Positions 7,079-14,720 of a stretch of DNA of 17,499 bases are shown here, piece by piece; position 1 is the stretch's first letter, and every line of letters begins with the position of its first letter. The DNA comes from Rhodobacterales bacterium. Lineage in GTDB: Bacteria; Myxococcota_A; UBA796; GCA-2862545. Below the pieces are notes generated by a model. The model did no database searches and was not told the DNA's origin. It saw only the letters and a program-made list of their open reading frames with translations. Where the stretch lies: positions 1-17,499 of the forward strand of contig JAACDH010000088.1 of NCBI GenBank assembly GCA_009936995.1, given 5' to 3'. A program made the translations under genes and the position numbers.

Positions 7079-8440
7079 CTAGGTCGCGCGGGAGCGGCGG
7101 ATGAAACCGATCAGCAGCAGCAGGGGAGACCAGGTGAAGGGCAGACGTCCGGTGCTGCAGCCCTTGGAGCTTCCCAGGCTGCCGGCATGGGGTTGGGTGG
7201 TTCCCAGGTCAGTGGCCTGGGTGGTGCCCGGCTGGGTGGGCTCGTCTACGGGAGGCTCGGTTTCTTCGGGCTCCGGCTCGCCTTCGAGGAGGAGCAGGGG
7301 GCGGCTATCGGTGGTCCCGTTCACCTGAACAATGACCCACAGGTCGTCGGTCCACTCGGCCGGGGCATCCACCTCGAGGTTGAGGATACCCTCGACCAGC
7401 AGCAGATCGGTCTCGACGACCGTGGCGTTGTCGAGGGCTGCGGTGCCAGCCACCGTATGGGTACTGCCCGGGGCGGTGCCAAAAAATACGCTCACGGTGT
7501 CGTCGGGACCGGCGGTTATGCCTAAGCTGATGACGTCGCCGTCCAGGTGGGCCCACAGGGCGGGCACGGTGCCTAGGGAATAGATGACCGCCGGGAAGCG
7601 GGCGGAGTCTGGACCCGTGAGCCACTCGTAGCGCTCCTCTTCGCCGAAGACCTCGGCCATCAAGAAGTCGGCCGCCATCTCGGAGACCATTTCGAGCTGG
7701 ACCGCATCGCTCATTGGCTCTGCGCCCCACTCGAAGTCACTGACAGCCTGGTGCCCGGCGCCTTCGATGCCGTAGTACAGGCTGCGCGCGGTCGATTCGG
7801 TGTTGGCGAACCAACGGAGCCCCATGGCCGTGGGTGCGGTGGTGTCTTGGTTGCCGGTAATCACCAGGTAGTTACCGGTGAAGTTGGCCACGTTGGTGTA
7901 GTACGTGGTCTCGCCCTCGTAGGGCATGAAGGCCACGTAGTTTTGGATGCGTGGCTCGAGACCCGCCAGCTTGCCCAAGGTGCCGCCGCCCATGGAGTGG
8001 CCCATAGCCGACCAGGGATGCGTGGTAGAAACCGCTCCGGTGAGCCAGGTGCTACCGTTGCTATCGTCTTCGACCTTCTGGAGCATTGCGACCGTGTCCA
8101 GGGCCAGGGTGTCCATGTTGAGCACCAGGCCTGTCTGGGTGTCGATGCTGGCGACTACAAAACCTAGGCTGGCGAGCTGGGTGCAGAAGCCGTCGTACAT
8201 GTTGGGGTTGCCCAGCCAGCCATGCACAAACGCCGCCAAGGGATAGGGGCCGCCGGTGAGGTCGGTTGCGGCGCCATTCCCGGCGGAAGTGGCCGGGTAG
8301 TACAGCTTGGACTTCACGAAGCCTTGGGTGTAGTTGGCGTCTGTGAAGTTGTAGGTCTGCGTGCCCACTGCGTAGGGGCCCGGCGGCAGTGCGTGGGCTG
8401 GATTGAGGGCGGTAGCGATCAGTAGGGCTAAAGCGGTCAT
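7079..8440 (-). CDS. Secreted alpha/beta-fold hydrolase (lipase/esterase; PETase/dienelactone-hydrolase-like) with a C-terminal beta domain and MYXO-CTERM (453 aa from ATG 8440; an alternative GTG start lies at 8464)
   Basis: A signal-peptide-like N-terminus MTALALLIATALNPAHA is present. The nucleophile elbow GHSMGGG (GxSxG) and an oxyanion-region AAFVHGWLGN are present. A Thr/Pro/Glu-rich linker precedes the C-terminus SSKGCSTGRLPFTWSPLLLLIGFIRRSRAT, which is MYXO-CTERM. Confidence 0.85.
   Translation of the reverse strand: MTALALLIATALNPAHALPPGPYAVGTQTYNFTDANYTQGFVKSKLYYPATSAGNGAATDLTGGPYPLAAFVHGWLGNPNMYDGFCTQLASLGFVVASIDTQTGLVLNMDTLALDTVAMLQKVEDDSNGSTWLTGAVSTTHPWSAMGHSMGGGTLGKLAGLEPRIQNYVAFMPYEGETTYYTNVANFTGNYLVITGNQDTTAPTAMGLRWFANTESTARSLYYGIEGAGHQAVSDFEWGAEPMSDAVQLEMVSEMAADFLMAEVFGEEERYEWLTGPDSARFPAVIYSLGTVPALWAHLDGDVISLGITAGPDDTVSVFFGTAPGSTHTVAGTAALDNATVVETDLLLVEGILNLEVDAPAEWTDDLWVIVQVNGTTDSRPLLLLEGEPEPEETEPPVDEPTQPGTTQATDLGTTQPHAGSLGSSKGCSTGRLPFTWSPLLLLIGFIRRSRAT
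7082..7171 (-). other. MYXO-CTERM-type sorting signal of the alpha/beta hydrolase
   Basis: SSKGCSTGRLPFTWSPLLLLIGFIRRSRAT followed by the stop. Confidence 0.8.
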
Positions 8441-8464
8441 GGTCGGGTCATCCTGTGCGGGCAC

Positions 8465-8505
8465 CTCATACTTACCTATTAGTCAGTAAGTTCGCTTGTC
8501 AACAA
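8465..8505 (-). promoter_or_regulatory. AT-rich island upstream of the hydrolase-tetR operon with a TTGACA -35-like hexamer (minus strand, 8502..8497) and an inverted repeat ACTTAC-N10-GTAAGT (8470..8491); candidate promoter plus TetR operator
   Basis: This is the only markedly AT-rich stretch in the 8441..8663 intergenic region. TTGACA is exact, but no convincing -10 hexamer sits at 16 to 19 bp spacing. The palindrome lies where a -10 or transcription start site would be. Confidence 0.25.
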
Positions 8506-8663
8506 TGTGCCTGTTCGTGAGTGTAGGGCTCCGCGCCCGCTCGTGCCAGGATGTATCGCTGGCTTAGGCGCCGCTTTCGGCGAAGCGTTTTCTGCCAAGA
8601 ACGCGACGAATCGCGGCGGGAACCGCAGTCGCCGTCTGTGTCTAGCTCGCGCGCTGCGACCTC

Positions 8664-10007
8664 TTACATGGGTGGCGGAGGCGGCGGACCCGAGCTTAGC
8701 TTGGCCGCGATCTCGGCCACCTCTTGGGCGGGCTTCCACGCGGCCCAGCCATTCTGCCAGACGTGGTGGGTGCCGCTTGGGCTGGCTTGAACGGCGGCAA
8801 TCACCTCGGCGAGAGTCTTCTCGCTCTGTCCGGCGTCTCCGTTGTAGTGGTACGAGGCCGAAGTCGGTGCGGGAGGCGGAGCTGGCGGCATCTTGGCCAT
8901 CACCTCGGCACACTCTTTCCAAGACTTCCAGCCCGCCCAGCCCGGTTGCCACACATTGTGGGTGCCCGTGGGATCGGCCTGAATCTTGGCCACTACTTGG
9001 TCGAGGGGCAGCTGCTGCTGGCCGCCAGCACCACCACTGTAGTGGTAGGGCGCGCCGCCTGCGGGAGGCGGCGGGGGCGGCGCAGGGGAGGGAGGCCCCG
9101 TCATGCCTTGATGGGGATTGAACTGACCGCCTTGCTGGCTGGCGGCCATTTGAGCGCCCATTTGAGCGCCCATGCCCATGCCCATGCCCATGCCGATGCC
9201 AGCGCCCGCCAGGCCGGGGTTGGCGGCAGCGGTGCCAATGGCCTCGGCCGATTTGAGCTGCGTGTAGGCGTTGAGGTTGCCGAGCACGCCCATCTTGGAG
9301 CGCTCGTCCATGGCCTTCTCGACGGACTCGGGCAAGCTGATGTTGCTGATGGTGAAGTCCGTAAGGGTGATGCCGTACATCTCGGAGAACTTGGGGTTGA
9401 TCCGATCGGCCATGGTCTCGCCGAGATCCATGTAGTTGGCGGCAAGATCGAGCACGGGGATCTTGGACTTGCCGATGGTGTCGGCCAGCATGCTGACCAG
9501 CTTCTTTTTGAGCTGACCGTTGATCTCGTCGGTGGTGAACAGCCCATCGGTGCCCACGATCTGCTTCATGAACAGGGCGGGATCGGTGATGCGGTAGCTG
9601 TATGCACCGAACGCCCGGATGCGGACCGGACCAAACTCGGCGTCGCGCATCATGATGGGGTTGGGCGTGCCCCAGCCGTTGTCGGTGAACTGACGGGTGC
9701 TGACGAAGTAGACGTCGCCCTTGTAGGGGTAGTTGAAGTTGTAGGCGATGCTGGTGAAGAACGACAAGATCGCTTTGTTCTTGGTGTCGAGATCGTACGA
9801 GCCCGGACCGAACACGTCGGAGAGTCGGCCCTCGCTGATGAACACCGCTGCCTGACCCTCGCGAACAACGAGCTTACTGTTGTCGGTGATCGCCTGGTGA
9901 AATACAGGGAATCGCCACACGAGGGTGTTGTTGGTGTCGTCGAGCCACTCGATCAACTCTAGGAGCTGTGCACCTGCGTGCTGCTTCAACATGTCCCAGA
10001 TTCCCAC
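8664..10007 (-). CDS. SPFH/Band-7 (stomatin-prohibitin-flotillin superfamily, PF13421-like) protein with a GM-repeat linker, poly-proline tracts and two tandem C-terminal DUF4339 (GYF-like) domains (447 aa)
   Basis: The N-terminus MGIWDMLKQHAGAQLLELIEWLDDTNNTLVWRFP matches the Band_7_1 signature MG.FD..K.Q.I.VIEW.DDS.DTLV.RFP. A GTG start at 10007 follows GGAGG with a 5-nt spacer and an in-frame TGA just upstream. The C-terminus holds two ~63-aa repeats (YHYxG...THxVWQxGWAxWK...EVAE), each preceded by a PPxPAPPPP tract. The protein ends GPPPPPPM. Confidence 0.9.
   Translation of the reverse strand: MGIWDMLKQHAGAQLLELIEWLDDTNNTLVWRFPVFHQAITDNSKLVVREGQAAVFISEGRLSDVFGPGSYDLDTKNKAILSFFTSIAYNFNYPYKGDVYFVSTRQFTDNGWGTPNPIMMRDAEFGPVRIRAFGAYSYRITDPALFMKQIVGTDGLFTTDEINGQLKKKLVSMLADTIGKSKIPVLDLAANYMDLGETMADRINPKFSEMYGITLTDFTISNISLPESVEKAMDERSKMGVLGNLNAYTQLKSAEAIGTAAANPGLAGAGIGMGMGMGMGAQMGAQMAASQQGGQFNPHQGMTGPPSPAPPPPPPAGGAPYHYSGGAGGQQQLPLDQVVAKIQADPTGTHNVWQPGWAGWKSWKECAEVMAKMPPAPPPAPTSASYHYNGDAGQSEKTLAEVIAAVQASPSGTHHVWQNGWAAWKPAQEVAEIAAKLSSGPPPPPPM
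8700..9050 (-). repeat. Diverged tandem duplication (~190 bp units) encoding the two DUF4339/GYF-like domains of the SPFH protein
   Basis: The protein-level repeats are PYHYSGGAGGQQQLPLDQVVAKIQADPTGTHNVWQPGWAGWKSWKECAEVMAKM and SYHYNGDAGQSEKTLAEVIAAVQASPSGTHHVWQNGWAAWKPAQEVAEIAAKL. The corresponding DNA segments are recognisably similar. Confidence 0.7.
9147..9200 (-). repeat. Compound in-frame microsatellite: (catttgagcgcc)x2 followed by (catgcc)x4 plus gatgcc
   Basis: Perfect tandem units were read directly in the sequence. They encode IGMGMGMGMGAQMGAQMA in the linker between the SPFH core and the proline-rich tail. Confidence 0.85.
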
Positions 10008-10085
10008 TCACACCTCCATGGACGGTGAAACGCGCGGCTGCACGTCTCCCGGATACTGTATACGTCGGAGCATGGAGATTACTGC

Positions 10086-10712
10086 ATGACGCGCGCACAA
10101 ACGCAGGCACCTGACTGGCTGGTGCGATGGACGGCCCCCCAAGGCGCCGCAATGGGGAGCTTGGGGTGCGTTCTAGCGCTGCTCGGAACCCTCCCTGCAA
10201 CGGGCGTGATGGACGTGATCCTGGTGGGCGCCGCCGTGGTCTTGGGCGGGGCGACGAGTTGGTTCGTGGTTCGTCGCAAGCAGCTCGATTCCCTGCCGCT
10301 GATGTTGGCGCCGGTTGCGCTCGTGGAAGAGGTCGATGGATTTCGCACCCTAAAAGTGCGGGCCTGGCTTGGCCTCGGCCGGGTGATGCGTCAGCCGAGT
10401 CTGTCCGTAAGTTGGACATCTCCGACCGGCTCAACACGTATGTTTCAGGGGGTTTTCCCCGCCGATGTGCTGTGCGGACCCGTCACGGTTCGCGTCTCTC
10501 TGCCGATCGATGTGACGGGCGGGCAGTTCGACGTGGACTTCGAGGTGCAAGAGGGCGGACGGCACTGGCGGCAGCAGGCCAGCTACCCCGCCGAGGCACT
10601 GCAACAGGGCCGATTTGGCGTGCCGTTGGTGTGCCAGCGCGGCCGTTGGAGATGGAAGCGATCGAGTTGGGACAGCATCGAAGCGCCGGTTCCGATAAAA
10701 GAGAAGGCATGA
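10086..10712 (+). CDS. Small membrane protein, two predicted N-terminal TM helices plus a ~130-aa beta-rich C-terminal domain (208 aa), hypothetical
   Basis: The ORF track places it in a different frame from the overlapping 693-aa ORF. Third-position GC is about 70% in this frame and about 45 to 50% in the alternative frame. The TM segments are GSLGCVLALLGTLPATGV and MDVILVGAAVVLGGATSWFVV. The TGA stop overlaps the ATG of the next gene as ATGA at 10709..10712. Confidence 0.6.
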   Translation: MTRAQTQAPDWLVRWTAPQGAAMGSLGCVLALLGTLPATGVMDVILVGAAVVLGGATSWFVVRRKQLDSLPLMLAPVALVEEVDGFRTLKVRAWLGLGRVMRQPSLSVSWTSPTGSTRMFQGVFPADVLCGPVTVRVSLPIDVTGGQFDVDFEVQEGGRHWRQQASYPAEALQQGRFGVPLVCQRGRWRWKRSSWDSIEAPVPIKEKA

Positions 10713-12208
10713 CCCCGCTGCTGCTCGCCACTTCCCTGTCGTTGATTCATCCATGGGATCTGGTGCGCGTGGAAGACCCGAACCACCCAGACGCGCTGTT
10801 GCGGTCGCAGACCTATTCGGTGATTGAGGGGCCGCCAGCTTCGGGGACGCCGTGGCGATACGAGTCTATTCCCGAGCTCGATCGCTTTCCCAGCGAGGCC
10901 GTGGCGTTGACCAACGCCGACTTGTGGCACGCCGATGGGGCGAAAGGGGCGGGCGTTAACGTCGCCGTGTTCGACATTGGTTGGTTCGACCCGCTGCTCG
11001 ATCCAGCGCAGATTGGTCCCTACACCACCCACGATTGCCACACGCACCCCAGCTGTGAGGTGGCCATCGACACCCAGCGCCCGCGCTTCGGATTTGAAGA
11101 GGGCGCCCATGGATTCGCCTGCGCCGAGGCCGTCCGCGACATCGCGCCTGAGGTTGGGCTCTTCTTGGTGCGGACCAACAGCGTCACCGGCCTCGAGAAC
11201 GCGGTGAACTGGGCGGTTCGACACGAAATTGATGTCATCTCGATGTCGATGTCTTTCTATAACGAGACCCATTACGACGGCGGAGTCAGCATCTTCGAGC
11301 GTCTGCTGAAGAAGCTCGAAGCGGCAAACATCCTGCTGGTGACCTCGTCGGGTAACAACGCCCAGTCGCACTGGTCTGGCGGCTATCTCGACGTCGATGG
11401 CGATGGTCTGATGGATTTCGATGGCGAGAATCGCCTGGCACTCCAGGTGAACGCGAGCGGCACCTCCGTTTATGTGAACTGGAATCAGCACGGTCGCTGC
11501 GGCGACACCGACCTCGATATGGTGGTGGTCGACGACGAAGGGGTGGTCTACGGTCAGTCGACGAATGTCCAAGCCTACGGCGAAGAACAGTGTCAGCCGG
11601 TTGAGCGCACGTCGGTCGAGGTGCCCGAAGGTGGGGTGTACTTCTTGGAGATTCAGAAGGTGACCGGCCTGGAAACCAATGTGCATGTAGATGTTCTCAC
11701 CCGGTCGGGCGGCAGCGTGGTCCAGGCGATGCCCGAGGGGTCGATGGCCGATCCCGCGAGTCATCCACTGGCTTTCGCAGTGGGCGCCGTTCGGGCCAGT
11801 CGCTATCTCGGGGGTGAGGCACAGAGCTACTCGTCCCGGGGCCCGAATCACGCCGGCTTTCCCAAGCCCGAGATTGCCGGGCCAGACGGTCTTAGCAGCT
11901 CTGTGTACGGCTCCGAAGGCTTCTTCGGCACTTCGGCTTCCGCACCGGTGGTGGCGGGGCTGATCGCGCTGATTCTCTCCGACAATCCAGGCCTCACGCC
12001 GCGGGAGGCCAGTCGGGTGTTGCAGGGCTGGGCCTGGGGAGACGATTCCAGCTGGTCCGATCCTCGCTGGGGCGCGGGCAAAGCGCGACTTCCGGTTCGC
12101 GACCCCGGCGCGGCGGGGTGTGGGCGCCGTCCATTGCTGGCGCTGGTGTTCATGCCACCGTGGTGGTTTCGGCGCCGACGGCGCCGGGCTGCTTCTTCTG
12201 CGCCCTGA
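10709..12208 (+). CDS. S8 family (subtilisin-like) serine peptidase with MYXO-CTERM sorting signal (499 aa)
   Basis: This is ORF 10127..12208 trimmed to the ATG at 10709 (MTPLLLATSLSLI...). The upstream part has poor codon bias and overlaps the coding frame of the 2-TM gene. The catalytic triad context is present: VAVFDIGW (Asp), HGFACAEAV (His), SSGNNAQS (oxyanion Asn) and GTSASAPVVAGLIAL (Ser). The C-terminus GAAGCGRRPLLALVFMPPWWFRRRRRR is MYXO-CTERM. Confidence 0.9.
   Translation: MTPLLLATSLSLIHPWDLVRVEDPNHPDALLRSQTYSVIEGPPASGTPWRYESIPELDRFPSEAVALTNADLWHADGAKGAGVNVAVFDIGWFDPLLDPAQIGPYTTHDCHTHPSCEVAIDTQRPRFGFEEGAHGFACAEAVRDIAPEVGLFLVRTNSVTGLENAVNWAVRHEIDVISMSMSFYNETHYDGGVSIFERLLKKLEAANILLVTSSGNNAQSHWSGGYLDVDGDGLMDFDGENRLALQVNASGTSVYVNWNQHGRCGDTDLDMVVVDDEGVVYGQSTNVQAYGEEQCQPVERTSVEVPEGGVYFLEIQKVTGLETNVHVDVLTRSGGSVVQAMPEGSMADPASHPLAFAVGAVRASRYLGGEAQSYSSRGPNHAGFPKPEIAGPDGLSSSVYGSEGFFGTSASAPVVAGLIALILSDNPGLTPREASRVLQGWAWGDDSSWSDPRWGAGKARLPVRDPGAAGCGRRPLLALVFMPPWWFRRRRRRAASSAP
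12101..12205 (+). other. MYXO-CTERM-type sorting signal of the S8 peptidase
   Basis: DPGAAGCGRRPLLALVFMPPWWFRRRRRRAASSAP followed by the stop. Confidence 0.75.
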
Positions 12209-12264
12209 CGGGCCCCGTTTGGGGTAACCTATGATGCGCCCTTGCTGTGGTGCGTGGAGACTGT

Positions 12265-14610
12265 ATGAGCCGTTCCCTCCTGCTCGTCGCGCTTTGTGCG
12301 TGTCAAACGCCCGAAATTCCAGTTGATCCGCCTATCGGCTCGTACATTGAGGACGCCGAAGGGGTCGAGGGGTTCGAGGTCGCAAGCTCGGTCGGTGGCA
12401 TTCCGCTCACCACCGTCGTGCGCGCCGTGAATCGCTTTAGCGCCGCGGTCCCCTCCGACGACGGTAACTTCACGGTCGATGGCAGCAGTCAGTCGGTCGA
12501 CTTCGACGGTCTTGGCTACGGCGTCATCATTCTCGATCACGCAGCGTCCATTTCGATCGATACGGCGATTAACACCGGAACGATGGATGCCTACAACTCC
12601 GAGTGGCCGGGCTTGGGCATGTCCCGGGCCTTCGAGTCCCCCGAGTTTGGCGCCGACGCCGCAGATGGGCTGTCTTCGGGTGCCGTGGTGGCGCGAGGTT
12701 CCAATCTCTACTGGGTTGGCACCGACGCACCGCCCCACGTTGTGCTTAAAGCAGACGGCGAAATTCGAGGGGTTCGCACTGGGAATATCGATGTGGATGG
12801 TATCGAAGACGCCCTGGTTTGGACCGCCAACACCGTGTTTCTGCTCAAGGGTCGTCTCGGCGGCGGCTTGGCGTGGGGCAAGGCCCTTCAGTCCTCCAAG
12901 CACTCGGTCGGAGGCGCCGACATCGGCGAGCTGAACGACGACAGCCTGCCCGATCTCACCATCGCCTGGGCGGGTATCGATGGCAGTAGCTCGCTCGACA
13001 TCTGGCACGGCAACGGGTTGTTCGAATTCACCCCGGCAAACCCACGAATTCTGCCAGTTACGCCCATGAGTGTTGCCATCGGCGACAACACGGGCGAAGG
13101 GCGTCGTCAGATCACCGTCTTGGGCGAAGATGGCAGCTGGTCACGCTACATTGGCGGGTCCGAGGTGCGCTACATGCCCATCGGGCCGCGTGCCCCCGTT
13201 GCGGTGCCCATTCCGCTTGGCAGCACGGTCTACGGCACGGGCGACCTGAACGACGATGGCGCCGAAGAGCTCTATTTTGTGGGGCCGCTGAATCCCAACA
13301 GCATCCGCAGCATCACAGTGGTCGACCTGCTCGGCGCGAAGATCGAGTTCCTGCAGCTCTCACCGCTGGCGGCCTACACCGATCGCGTCGACATGGACGG
13401 CAATGGCATCAGCAATTTGGTGCAGCTCCTGAGCACCTTTCAGCTGCAGAGCCTGGCCTTCGACGCCACGTCCTCCAATAGCTACACGCCCATCACCCTC
13501 GACACCCTGCCTACTTACGGCCCCGTAGTCACCCAAGACCGCATTGGCAGCGACGGCGTGCCCGACCTCTTCGTGGCCGGCGAGACCTACTGGTGGTGGT
13601 GGCGCGGCTTGAACGACCCCGACGACAGCGAAGTTCATTGGGCGGTGGGCGAACCGGCCATGGGGCATGTCGCCGATACCACCGGTCCCATTGCGATTCG
13701 CGAGCTGGATGGAGACTCCACCACCACCGAAATTGTCGGCTTCACCGATGACGGCACAACCACCTCCATGACCGTCTGGTCGTGGGACACCACCACGTTG
13801 GCCATCACCGAGCTCGACAGCGTCGCCATGCCGGTGGGTGGTCCGGTCGACCTCGCCGTGTGCGGCAACGATGCCTACGCGGCCCTGTCCGGTCAGGTCG
13901 TTCGGGTCAGCCTCGTCAACCTCGCGGCCCTTAGCCTCGCGGCAACCGACAACACCCTCGCGACCCGGGTGGACTGTGGCGTGGGTCCCGGCGGCGCTGA
14001 TGTGGCGCTCTTGGGCGACGGAACCGTCCAGCTGACCGACACCAACTTCAACGAGCTCTCCATTCTCACCACCCCAGGTGCCAATGATGTGGCGCTGGGC
14101 GATATCGGCAGTGGCGCCGAGGCGTTCACCTGCTTCGAAGAGGACTGTCGGGCGGTGTTTTGGCCTTGGGGAACCACCGAGTCCGCGTTTGCCTCCGGCT
14201 CCGACGCTGGAATCTCCCTCACGGACGCCGGGGGTCTACAGCCTCTGTCTGGCGCTGGCGCGCTGTCTGTCTACGACGTCGACCAGGACGGTCATGCCGA
14301 CCTCATCTCGGTGGCGTCCACTGGCATGGTCACCCTTCACCGCTCCAACGGCGACGCGTTCGGAGCGTCGGAAAACTACCACACTCGGAATGGTCCGCAG
14401 GGGGCTGCGGCCTTCGGCGACGCCGACGGCGATGGGCATCTCGACCTGTGGATGCGCGACGGCGGTGATCGTTTGCTGTATACGGTCGCCCCGCAAGTCG
14501 ATTCAGACGGGGGCGAAAATACCTCGGGAGATACGGCCGATACAGGACTCGACACCGGTGTTACCACCGGGACTACGACCAACACCACTACCCCCACTAC
14601 GACGCCCTGA
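12265..14610 (+). CDS. FG-GAP repeat (integrin-alpha-like beta-propeller) lipoprotein with a Thr-rich C-terminal tail (781 aa)
   Basis: This is ORF 12247..14610 trimmed to the Met at 12265 (MSRSLLLVALCACQTPE). GGAGA lies 4 nt upstream. Multiple FG-GAP calcium-binding loops are present: GDLNDDGAEELYFVG, IGSDGVPDLFVAG, YDVDQDGHADLISVAS and FGDADGDGHLDLWMRD. The C-terminal tail is TGTTTNTTTPTTTP. Confidence 0.8.
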   Translation: MSRSLLLVALCACQTPEIPVDPPIGSYIEDAEGVEGFEVASSVGGIPLTTVVRAVNRFSAAVPSDDGNFTVDGSSQSVDFDGLGYGVIILDHAASISIDTAINTGTMDAYNSEWPGLGMSRAFESPEFGADAADGLSSGAVVARGSNLYWVGTDAPPHVVLKADGEIRGVRTGNIDVDGIEDALVWTANTVFLLKGRLGGGLAWGKALQSSKHSVGGADIGELNDDSLPDLTIAWAGIDGSSSLDIWHGNGLFEFTPANPRILPVTPMSVAIGDNTGEGRRQITVLGEDGSWSRYIGGSEVRYMPIGPRAPVAVPIPLGSTVYGTGDLNDDGAEELYFVGPLNPNSIRSITVVDLLGAKIEFLQLSPLAAYTDRVDMDGNGISNLVQLLSTFQLQSLAFDATSSNSYTPITLDTLPTYGPVVTQDRIGSDGVPDLFVAGETYWWWWRGLNDPDDSEVHWAVGEPAMGHVADTTGPIAIRELDGDSTTTEIVGFTDDGTTTSMTVWSWDTTTLAITELDSVAMPVGGPVDLAVCGNDAYAALSGQVVRVSLVNLAALSLAATDNTLATRVDCGVGPGGADVALLGDGTVQLTDTNFNELSILTTPGANDVALGDIGSGAEAFTCFEEDCRAVFWPWGTTESAFASGSDAGISLTDAGGLQPLSGAGALSVYDVDQDGHADLISVASTGMVTLHRSNGDAFGASENYHTRNGPQGAAAFGDADGDGHLDLWMRDGGDRLLYTVAPQVDSDGGENTSGDTADTGLDTGVTTGTTTNTTTPTTTP

Positions 14611-14720
14611 GGGGCGCGGAGGTTTACAACCTCTTGTTAAACGCACACTCAGCCACTTGACCGCCCCCGGTGGGGTCGTCTATAAGGCACTTCCGTACGC
14701 ATTCGACCTGGGTTCAACGC

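Noticed and set aside
8596-8609. Hairpin cgcga-cgaa-tcgcg downstream of the SPFH stop
   Set aside because: It has a 5-bp stem and no T-rich tail. I did not call a terminator. The organism probably uses non-canonical termination.
8507-9962. Long + strand ORFs (204 aa and 412 aa) overlapping the SPFH gene
   Set aside because: They are antisense to a gene with a strong family signature and have poor codon bias. They are frame artefacts of high-GC DNA.
10127-10708. Upstream 194 codons of the 693-aa ORF that contains the S8 peptidase
   Set aside because: Third-position GC is only about 45 to 50% there, against about 70% for the overlapping 10086..10712 frame. The ATGA stop-start overlap at 10709 supports the peptidase start.
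10583-11851. 422-aa minus-strand ORF
   Set aside because: It is antisense to the S8 peptidase, whose Asp/His/Ser triad motifs are all present in the + frame.
12229-13008. 259-aa minus-strand ORF, plus the + ORFs at 12479..12934 and 14078..14902 and the minus ORFs at 14811..15536 and 15654..16166
   Set aside because: All are antisense or alternative frames of the FG-GAP and Cys-rich lipoprotein genes and lack motifs. FG-GAP calcium loops and lipoprotein signals support the called frames.
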